In this document: positions 17,699 through 24,000 of the stretch, piece after piece
How the letters are laid out: each line of letters begins with the position of its first letter
Numbering within the stretch: position 1 is the stretch's first letter
Source: Salinispirillum marinum
GTDB lineage: Bacteria > Pseudomonadota > Gammaproteobacteria > Pseudomonadales > Natronospirillaceae
Direction: 5' to 3' (one strand)
Assembly (NCBI RefSeq): GCF_042651565.1
Contig: NZ_JBHSDF010000004.1
Length of the DNA: 24,000 nt
Notes under the pieces: generated by a model
Databases searched by the model: none
Told to the model about the DNA's origin: nothing
The model's input: the letters and a program-made list of their open reading frames with translations, nothing else
Translations under genes and position numbers: made by a program

Positions 17699-19594
17699 TT
17701 ACGAAACCGTAAAACTGCCCGTTTTCGCATCCAAATCGGCCACCAAACCATGAATTTTACGGGTATTCTGCGCAATGGTTTGAATGGATTTCGAATCAGT
17801 ATCCAACTGCTGGGCAATGCTGTCCATCTCCTGGCTCATGTGGCGAGCTGTGGCAGCGACCTCATTCACCGAGCTGGCCATCTCGGTCGATGCCTCGGAA
17901 CTGGTTTGTGCATGCGCCTCAATATCGCGAATGGCTTCCTCTGCTTCAGTACTGTATTGCTCAATAACATCCAACTGCTTCAAGCCGACTTGCATGGTTT
18001 CGATAGCCGCTTTGGTCGACTGTTGAATTTTGCTGACATCTTCCTCGATTTTGCCGGTCGCACTTACCGTACGCTCCGCCAAGCTGCGCACTTCATCCGC
18101 CACCACCGAGAAACCCCGCCCGGCTTCACCTGCACGCGCCGCCTCGATCGCCGCGTTGAGCGCCAGCAAATTGGTTTGCTGCGCCAAACCGTTAATCATC
18201 AACACCACATTATCGATATTCCGCGACAGGTCACCCAAATCATCCAACCGTTTGCCGGTATCAGTTACCACGGCCACGGTCTCTTTCAGACTGTTCGACA
18301 GTGAATTGATGGTGTTGGCGCCACGGCGCGCCGACTCATAGGTTTCACGCGACTGTTCGCTCAATGTATTGGTACTGCCCGCAATGCTCTCTATGGTCAT
18401 GGAAATTTCTTCGGTAGATGCCGCCAGCGAACTGGTTTGCTCGGTCACCGATTGATTACTGCGGGCCATATTCGATACCGCATTATCCAACTCGGTCACC
18501 ATAGCGTTCACATCTCGCGTCACCTTTACCACGCCCCCGACCACGGCACCTAAATCCGTGGTCATGTCATTCACGCTGCTGCTCAGAGCGTCAAATTCAT
18601 CATTGCGCGCGGTGTTTACGGGTAACCTTGCGGTTAAGTCACCCGCACGGACTTTATTCAAGTCGCTCATGATGTGTTGCAAGACAGATCCAACGCTCCA
18701 ACCTATCCATACCATCATGCCAATCACCAAGGCGGTAATGGCTAAGCTAAACGCTATTAGCGTAGTACGAGCCTGTTGCGAACTCGCACTTGCCGCATCT
18801 TGCGCTTGCGCCACCAAGGCACGGATATGCTCGGAAGTAACATCACGCTGAGCGCCAAACTGTGCTAACGCAGAACGAAAGCTGTCCCGAGCCGAAACCA
18901 CCTGCGCGCTCAAGCGGGTGTACTCGGTCACAGCGACGCGATACGCCGACACGAATTCGCCAAACCGCTCGCGCAAGTTGAGTTGATCGATGCGTTGTTC
19001 AAAATCCGCAAACCGCTCATTAAAGGTGGCTAGGTTTCCTTCGGTAGGTTCGAAGATGTAATTGCGCTCTGCCTCACGCACCGCTACGAAGGATTGGCGC
19101 ACAATGGCCAGAAAAGATATACGTTGCAGCAAGTCTTGTCCCAAGGTATCAATGGTACCTTGCTGCCCCGAAGACGAGGTAAAGCCAACCCGTTGTTCCA
19201 CGGTTAGCAGCGCATTGAGTTGTGTGAGGTAGTTGTCGAGCAAACGCTCGGTGTCCTGCAACAACGTTTGTGCCTGAGCATCTGTTACACGCGCTTGGTC
19301 CGCTGCAAGGTTGACCCGAAACACTTCGCCTTGGCTCGACACTTGATTTATGAAGGTGCTAACCGACTCGTCCGTTACATTGCGGAGATCATCCGACCAC
19401 CCCATCAATGCCATCGAAAGGGCATCAATATGGCTATTGACACTGGTCAGCGTTTGCAATTCCTGTCGCGTATTATCGAGGGAGCGTAGCCCGGAATAGG
19501 CCACACTCGACAACACGCCGAAACCGCATACAGCAGCCACCAAAAGGAGAATTAACCGAACACGAAAACTCAAGTTAGCCAAGCGCATAAGCAT
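17699..19594 (-). CDS. Methyl-accepting chemotaxis protein with an all-helical (4HB/HBM-like) periplasmic sensor, HAMP and MCP signalling domains
   Basis: Two TM segments ([20 protein letters not shown] and [21 protein letters not shown]) bracket a Q/L/A/E-rich region of about 250 aa. The signalling tip reads [38 protein letters not shown]. Confidence 0.9.
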   Translation of the reverse strand: MLMRLANLSFRVRLILLLVAAVCGFGVLSSVAYSGLRSLDNTRQELQTLTSVNSHIDALSMALMGWSDDLRNVTDESVSTFINQVSSQGEVFRVNLAADQARVTDAQAQTLLQDTERLLDNYLTQLNALLTVEQRVGFTSSSGQQGTIDTLGQDLLQRISFLAIVRQSFVAVREAERNYIFEPTEGNLATFNERFADFEQRIDQLNLRERFGEFVSAYRVAVTEYTRLSAQVVSARDSFRSALAQFGAQRDVTSEHIRALVAQAQDAASASSQQARTTLIAFSLAITALVIGMMVWIGWSVGSVLQHIMSDLNKVRAGDLTARLPVNTARNDEFDALSSSVNDMTTDLGAVVGGVVKVTRDVNAMVTELDNAVSNMARSNQSVTEQTSSLAASTEEISMTIESIAGSTNTLSEQSRETYESARRGANTINSLSNSLKETVAVVTDTGKRLDDLGDLSRNIDNVVLMINGLAQQTNLLALNAAIEAARAGEAGRGFSVVADEVRSLAERTVSATGKIEEDVSKIQQSTKAAIETMQVGLKQLDVIEQYSTEAEEAIRDIEAHAQTSSEASTEMASSVNEVAATARHMSQEMDSIAQQLDTDSKSIQTIAQNTRKIHGLVADLDAKTGSFTVS

Positions 19595-19688
19595 CTACTC
19601 ATTATTAGTGTTGCGTCAGTGCCAACCGACTCAACAGACCTTTATGGGCGATCTTACGTCTTGGCTGCTTGACTGCACGCGAGGCGTT

Positions 19689-20210
19689 TTACAACGATGC
19701 AGCCGACCGAGACGCTTGATCGTACAACCCCGAGAGCGCGCGCAAGGTGCTGGCGATTTCAGACAATTCAGCAGGGGCAAAACCCAATTGCTTTAAGGAA
19801 CTGACCAAACAACGCTCTCGGTTTTCTTTGTACCGAAGGCAGAATTTCTCGCCTTCTTCCGTGGTGGAATAAAAAATTTCCTTACCCTGCTTTACGCCTT
19901 TCACCAAATTCTGCTTCGCTAATTTCTTCACAGAATAGGTGATGGTGTGCGTATCTTCCACGTTCAATACAAAACAAATATCCGCAATGCGCTTCGCGCG
20001 TTCCCGGTGATTAATGTTGTGCACCACGAGAACGTCCAGCGGCGCCATATCATAAGCACCACTGGATTTTGCACAGTGCATCATCCACCGGTTAAATGAG
20101 TTATTAGCAATGATTAAGCCAAACTCATATTCACTGAGTGAAGCCCCTTTCTCCGACACCAAATGCGATGACGAAACGATGGGGACCGGTGGAAGCAGTT
20201 GATCAGGCAT
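19689..20210 (-). CDS. Winged-helix (MarR-like) DNA-binding protein, last gene of the TRAP operon
   Basis: 173-aa ORF. The central segment PLDVLVVHNINHRERAKRIADICFVLNVEDTHTITYSVKKLAKQNLVKGVKQGKEIFYSTTEEG has an HTH-plus-wing layout. AGGAG overlaps the dctM stop codon, 10 nt upstream of the ATG. The family call is tentative. Confidence 0.5.
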   Translation of the reverse strand: MPDQLLPPVPIVSSSHLVSEKGASLSEYEFGLIIANNSFNRWMMHCAKSSGAYDMAPLDVLVVHNINHRERAKRIADICFVLNVEDTHTITYSVKKLAKQNLVKGVKQGKEIFYSTTEEGEKFCLRYKENRERCLVSSLKQLGFAPAELSEIASTLRALSGLYDQASRSAASL

Positions 20211-20223
20211 GAACGCGTATCTC

Positions 20224-21531
20224 CTAATTTCGGCTCATTTCGGCCGGCAGCGCCGTCACAATCTCCGGAAACACAGTAATCAGTACGATACCCAAGCCGA
20301 TGATCAGGAAGAACGGTAACGCTGCGCGGGCCACATAAAGAATGTTTTTTCCCGTGAGAGCTTGTAGCACAAATAGGTTGAACCCAACGGGTGGGGTTAT
20401 CTGCGCCATCTCTACAACCAACACAATGTATATACCGAACCACAACAGATCAATCCCCGCGGCCGAAACCATCGGTAGAATAATGGACGTGGTGAGCAAA
20501 ACTACTGAAATACCATCCAAGAAACAGCCAAGAATGATGAACAGAATGGTCAAATACACCAGCAGCATGATGGGTGACAAACCCAAACCATCAATCATCG
20601 ACACCAGTGTCCGCGGTATGCCCAAAAACGCCATAGCAACGGTTAGGAAATGCGCCGCGATCAATATCAGTGCGATCATACACGAGGTTTTTACGGCTCC
20701 CATTAAACTATCTAGGAACGCCTTTCTGTTCAAACTGCCGGACAACGCCGCCAAGATCAGCGAGCCAAAAACCCCAACCGCTGCCGCTTCCGTCGTCGTG
20801 GCATAACCACCATAGATCGAACCCAACACAAAAGTAATTAAACCCAGGATAGGCAACAAATAACGTAAGGCAACGAACCGATCACGCCACGTAAACTGAT
20901 CATCTGACTTAATTTTTCGGGCATCTTTATTGATCATTGACCAGGCTATCGTATACAACATAAACAGCCCCAGCAGCATCAAGCCAGGAATCGCTGCCGC
21001 TATAAATAAGCGCGCGATACTCACTTCTGCGGCCACCCCGTATACGATCAGGATGATACTCGGTGGAATCAACAAGCCAAGGGTTCCTGAACCTGCCAAG
21101 GTAGCAATCGACATCCGTTCACTGTAACCACGACGCTTCAACTCCGGCAGTGTCATCCGACCGATCGTCGCGGCCGTTGCAGCCGAGGAACCTGAAACCG
21201 CAGCAAACAAACCACAACTCAAGATATTCACATGCAGCAGGCTGCCTGGTAGTTTGCTTAGCCAAGGTGTTAGGCCCTTGAACAGATCTTCTGAAAGCCG
21301 GGTTCGAAACAGTATCTCACCCATCCATATAAACAGGGGCAATGCCGTCAGTGACCACTTTGATGCACTTGACCACGCACTGGACGCAAAAATCAGCCCG
21401 TATACATCCGAGCCATAAAGAATGATGCCCACTAAGGCCACCAACATCAGGGACAGCGACACCCAAAACCCAAGCGCCAACAGGCCAAGCATCAATGCCG
21501 CTAATAAAATTCCAATCGTTATGGTATCCAC
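20224..21531 (-). CDS. dctM: TRAP transporter large permease subunit (DctM family)
   Basis: 435 aa, about 12 TM segments, with typical DctM sequence character (GIPRTLV..., ITPPVGFNLFV). The GTG start overlaps the dctQ stop by 1 nt (TAGTG). Confidence 0.9.
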   Translation of the reverse strand: MDTITIGILLAALMLGLLALGFWVSLSLMLVALVGIILYGSDVYGLIFASSAWSSASKWSLTALPLFIWMGEILFRTRLSEDLFKGLTPWLSKLPGSLLHVNILSCGLFAAVSGSSAATAATIGRMTLPELKRRGYSERMSIATLAGSGTLGLLIPPSIILIVYGVAAEVSIARLFIAAAIPGLMLLGLFMLYTIAWSMINKDARKIKSDDQFTWRDRFVALRYLLPILGLITFVLGSIYGGYATTTEAAAVGVFGSLILAALSGSLNRKAFLDSLMGAVKTSCMIALILIAAHFLTVAMAFLGIPRTLVSMIDGLGLSPIMLLVYLTILFIILGCFLDGISVVLLTTSIILPMVSAAGIDLLWFGIYIVLVVEMAQITPPVGFNLFVLQALTGKNILYVARAALPFFLIIGLGIVLITVFPEIVTALPAEMSRN

Positions 21532-22082
21532 TACTTTTGCTCCACGGTGGTGGCGGAATCCGTCAACTGATTCAGATCTTCCATCTCATCATCCAAGCCT
21601 TGATAAGTAGGCTTGCCGTTCCGAATCGTGTGGACCAACTCGTCCAACACCGCAATATTGAAAATGACCGCACCGACCGCAACTGGTACCTGAGGAATCC
21701 AAAGATCGACCCTGACATAGCCAAGGCTCTTCTCATCAAACACCCACGACTCCCAGACCATGAAGATCAGCCAATACGACATGAACGTCGCTAAGGCCAA
21801 CCCCACTACCAAAACGGCGATTTCTTGTACTTTCCGGGCCTTAGGGCTGAAATTATGAATCAGGATATTGACACGAATGTGCCCACCCACTTTTAAGGTA
21901 TAAGCCAAGCCTAAGAAACTGGATGCGGCGAGAAAATACCCGGAAAAATCCTCAGTAGAGGGAACGATGATGTTAAACCAGCGTCCGATCACCTGCGCCA
22001 TGATCAGCACGGCGATAGCGACGACAAAGAGCCCCGCTATGAGCCCTGAACCTAGATATAGGTTGTCTAGAAACTTGCGCAT
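21531..22082 (-). CDS. dctQ: TRAP transporter small permease subunit (DctQ family)
   Basis: 183 aa with 4 TM segments, located between dctP and dctM. A GGGGG SD lies 5 nt upstream of the ATG at 22080-22082. Confidence 0.85.
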   Translation of the reverse strand: MRKFLDNLYLGSGLIAGLFVVAIAVLIMAQVIGRWFNIIVPSTEDFSGYFLAASSFLGLAYTLKVGGHIRVNILIHNFSPKARKVQEIAVLVVGLALATFMSYWLIFMVWESWVFDEKSLGYVRVDLWIPQVPVAVGAVIFNIAVLDELVHTIRNGKPTYQGLDDEMEDLNQLTDSATTVEQK

Positions 22083-22139
22083 AAATACCCCCTTCGTTTA
22101 TACGCTGGGCCGCAAAGTGCAACCCTGACAGTCAAAATA

Positions 22140-22161
22140 GGCGACCCCTTAAGAGGTCGCC
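22140..22161 (-). terminator. Intra-operon stem-loop (attenuator or partial terminator) between dctP and dctQ
   Basis: GGCGACC (22140-22146) and GGTCGCC (22155-22161) form a perfect 7-bp GC-rich stem with an 8-nt loop. On the transcribed minus strand the stem is followed by TATTTTGA. Confidence 0.45.
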
Positions 22162-22176
22162 CGATGCTTGGCGCAT

Positions 22177-23157
22177 TTATCGACTGTAATACGCTTCCAG
22201 AATGCTGATGCCTTCTGCACCGGCTTTTGCAGCCCAGGTACCGCCCATTTCTTGACCAATGGCTTCCAAAGCAGACCGCAATTCGGCGGTCGGGGTTGAA
22301 ATCTGCATACCCTCATCTGCTAGACGTTGGGTCGCTGTTTCTGCTTCAGCAATGGCCATTTCCCAACCGCGAGTTTCTGCAGCAGCGGCAGCTTCCAGAA
22401 CCGCGGCTTGTACGTCAGCACTCAAACGGTTGAATGCACGCTCATTCACGAACACCATATTCTTTGGAATCCACGCTTGCACATCGGTGTAGTGATTGAC
22501 GAAATCCCATGCCTGGCTAGATACACCTGTTGACGGCGACGTCACCATGCTGTTGATCATACCGGTACTGAATGCCGTAGGAATCTCTGGCGTTTGCACT
22601 GTCGTCGGTGACGCATTCAACAACATTGACAACTCAGTCGTCATAGGAGAATAAGCGCGCATTCTCAAGCCGCTGATATCTTCAATAGTATTGATCGGTG
22701 TTTGACTGTAGATACCCTGTGCTGGCCAAGGCACGGCAAACAAGAACCTAATACCTTCTGAAGCCAAATGCGCTTCTACGGCAGGGCGTGAAACTTCCCA
22801 AAGTGCCCGCGCAGAATCCCAGTCGCTCGCTAGGAACGGGATGTTATCAATTTCAAACACTGGGTTGGAATTACCCATGTTCGCCATGAAAAGCTCACCC
22901 GCTTGTGCCTGGCCAGTACGCACCGCACGGTGAATTTCGCCCTGTGGGAACAAGGATGCGCCGGAGTGCACGGTAATGCTCAACGCGCCATTGGTTGCAT
23001 TGCTGATGTCCTCAGCAAATTGCTTGATATTAATGGTGTGATGAACGCCGTCGCCATAACCCGTCGCCAGATCCCAACGCGTCTGCGCGGAAGCGGTCGT
23101 GGTCAGTGCGGTAGCCATAACGGACGCAGCAAGTACTGCATGGATGGTCGTTTTCAT
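22177..23157 (-). CDS. dctP: TRAP transporter periplasmic solute-binding protein (DctP family)
   Basis: The real start is the ATG at 23155-23157 (MKTTIHAVLAASVMATALTTTASA|QT signal peptide), with AGAGG upstream. The track's extension to 23220 runs through a leader hairpin. The body of the protein is DctP-like. Confidence 0.88.
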   Translation of the reverse strand: MKTTIHAVLAASVMATALTTTASAQTRWDLATGYGDGVHHTINIKQFAEDISNATNGALSITVHSGASLFPQGEIHRAVRTGQAQAGELFMANMGNSNPVFEIDNIPFLASDWDSARALWEVSRPAVEAHLASEGIRFLFAVPWPAQGIYSQTPINTIEDISGLRMRAYSPMTTELSMLLNASPTTVQTPEIPTAFSTGMINSMVTSPSTGVSSQAWDFVNHYTDVQAWIPKNMVFVNERAFNRLSADVQAAVLEAAAAAETRGWEMAIAEAETATQRLADEGMQISTPTAELRSALEAIGQEMGGTWAAKAGAEGISILEAYYSR

Positions 23158-23177
23158 TTTTCTAGCCTCTCTGTTTT

Positions 23178-23224
23178 TTTTATGGTGTGTATTACTTCTT
23201 TTTCTTGGTCTACACACCATAAAA
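23178..23224 (-). promoter_or_regulatory. Perfect 14-bp inverted repeat (stem-loop or operator) in the dctP leader
   Basis: TTTTATGGTGTGTA (23178-23191) and TACACACCATAAAA (23211-23224) are exact reverse complements separated by 19 nt. The near arm ends 20 nt upstream of the dctP ATG. Confidence 0.5.
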
Positions 23225-23240
23225 GTATAGTATAAAATTT

Positions 23241-23276
23241 ATTTGTCAATCAAACGTTAACGTTTTAACGACAAAT
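23241..23276. promoter_or_regulatory. Nested palindromes in the dctP / pxpA divergent intergenic region (candidate operator)
   Basis: ATTTGTC (23241-23247) and GACAAAT (23270-23276) are 7-bp inverted arms. They enclose the perfect 12-bp palindrome AACGTTAACGTT (23253-23264). Confidence 0.4.
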
Positions 23277-23368
23277 TGATACTAAGCAAAACACAAGCCA
23301 ACCTACAATATTTGTATAGATGGCACACAAAGAGAAATCAAACACTGTCAAGCAAAGAGGGCCGTGCG

Positions 23369-24000
23369 ATGTTGTTGAATTGTGATCTGGGAGAGAGCTT
23401 TGGCGCTTGGACCATGGGCTTGGATCAAGAGGTTATGCCCTTGATCGACATGGCCAATGTGGCCTGTGGGTTCCATGCTTCCGACCCACTCATCATGCAC
23501 AAAACGTTAACCTTAGCGAAACAATACGGCGTGAAAATAGGCGCGCATCCAGCTTACCCGGACCTCGTGGGTTTTGGTCGACGCAGCATGAAGTGCACCA
23601 AAGATGAGCTTTCGACCATGGTTTGGTATCAAATCGGTGCACTGCAAGGCATCTGTCGGCCTCTAGGATTGAACGTCAGCTATGTAAAACCACACGGCGC
23701 CATGAACAACGATATGATGGCGAACAACGACCAACTGCGCATCATCATGGCCGCTGTGCATGCTTATGACCCTAATCTGCCGCTCATGATACCCATCAGT
23801 AATGACTATGCTGAGCATCAAGCCATGGCCGCCGAGATTGGACTTCGCCTTATTCTGGAAGCCTTTGCTGATCGCGCCTACGACGATACAGGCCGTTTAG
23901 TCTCACGCGCCAAACCTGGTGCAGTGCATCACGATGCAAGTATCATTGTGGCGCAAGCCAAATCCTTTGCGCATAAAGGCGGCATTACTTCCATCACGGG
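23369..24000 (+). CDS. pxpA: 5-oxoprolinase subunit A (LamB/YcsF family), 5' partial, runs off the right edge
   Basis: Manual translation gives MLLNCDLGESFGAWTMGLDQEVMPLIDMANVACGFHASDPLIMHKTLTLAKQYGVKIGAHPAYPDLVGFGRRSM...YVKPHGAMNN, open to the window end. This is the hallmark LamB/YcsF N-terminus. AGAGGG lies 8 nt upstream of the ATG. Confidence 0.88.
   Translation, partial: MLLNCDLGESFGAWTMGLDQEVMPLIDMANVACGFHASDPLIMHKTLTLAKQYGVKIGAHPAYPDLVGFGRRSMKCTKDELSTMVWYQIGALQGICRPLGLNVSYVKPHGAMNNDMMANNDQLRIIMAAVHAYDPNLPLMIPISNDYAEHQAMAAEIGLRLILEAFADRAYDDTGRLVSRAKPGAVHHDASIIVAQAKSFAHKGGITSIT

Noticed and set aside
17648-18304. Long ORFs antisense to, or out of frame with, strongly supported genes. 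Examples: 17648-18304 (+, 218 aa), 5859-6464 (+, 201 aa), 859-1476 (+, 205 aa), 3065-3673 (+, 202 aa), 20114-20443 (-, 109 aa).
   Set aside because: Each lies wholly inside a gene with clear family motifs. Their translations are low-complexity and Arg/Pro/Cys/His-rich with no recognisable domain. This is typical of shadow ORFs in moderately GC-rich DNA.
19595-19688. Possible sigma-28 (FliA) promoter upstream of the second MCP (TAAAG-N16-GGCACTGA on the minus strand).
   Set aside because: Only about 4 of 8 positions match the GCCGATAA -10 element, which is not better than chance. No comparable match was found upstream of the first MCP.
21300-21310. A tRNA T-arm-like string, gggttcgaaac.
   Set aside because: It is embedded in the dctM coding frame, with no surrounding cloverleaf arms or acceptor-stem complementarity.
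15609-23220. Apparent GC heterogeneity. Spot counts of single 60-nt lines ranged from about 42-45% (parts of the amylase and dctM genes) to about 63% (the acyltransferase gene), hinting at horizontally acquired segments.
   Set aside because: It is based on a handful of hand-counted lines with large local variance; another amylase line counted 62%. There are no flanking tRNA, integrase or direct repeats. A sliding-window GC/GC3 and codon-usage calculation is needed before any island claim.

Overview
This looks like ordinary chromosomal DNA from a Gram-negative bacterium. The gene content (TRAP transporter, two MCPs, c-di-GMP protein, MgtE, HemH) suggests an aquatic or soil gammaproteobacterium, but I cannot determine the taxon from the sequence alone. 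I can support 19 protein-coding genes, two of them truncated by the window edges, plus a few intergenic hairpins and palindromes. I found no tRNA, rRNA, CRISPR array, transposase, integrase or recognisable defence genes.

Gene content, left to right:
- a partial membrane protein
- a penicillin-acylase-family (AHL-acylase-like) Ntn hydrolase and a polytopic membrane protein
- a tightly packed five-gene minus-strand operon (3670-9500)
- divergent mgtE-hemH
- a crotonase placed 6 nt behind a large Cache-type MCP
- a GH14 beta-amylase with a CBM20 starch-binding module
- a second MCP
- a dctPQM TRAP operon ending in a winged-helix regulator
- a divergent pxpA

The five-gene operon encodes, in order, a periplasmic DUF547 protein, a DinB-fold protein, an NRDE/TANGO2-like domain fused to a PlsC-type acyltransferase, an OlsB-like GNAT N-acyltransferase, and a PAS / degenerate-GGDEF / EAL protein. 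This is the best candidate for something undescribed. It has the two-step N-acyl / O-acyl logic of aminolipid synthesis, plus three components that are not part of the described pathways. The TANGO2-acyltransferase fusion is the most informative piece.

Other items worth a second look are the proteobacterial GH14 beta-amylase flanked by chemoreceptor genes, and a perfect 14-bp inverted repeat in the dctP leader. All family assignments rest on motifs I recognised by eye in the supplied translations. No database search was run.
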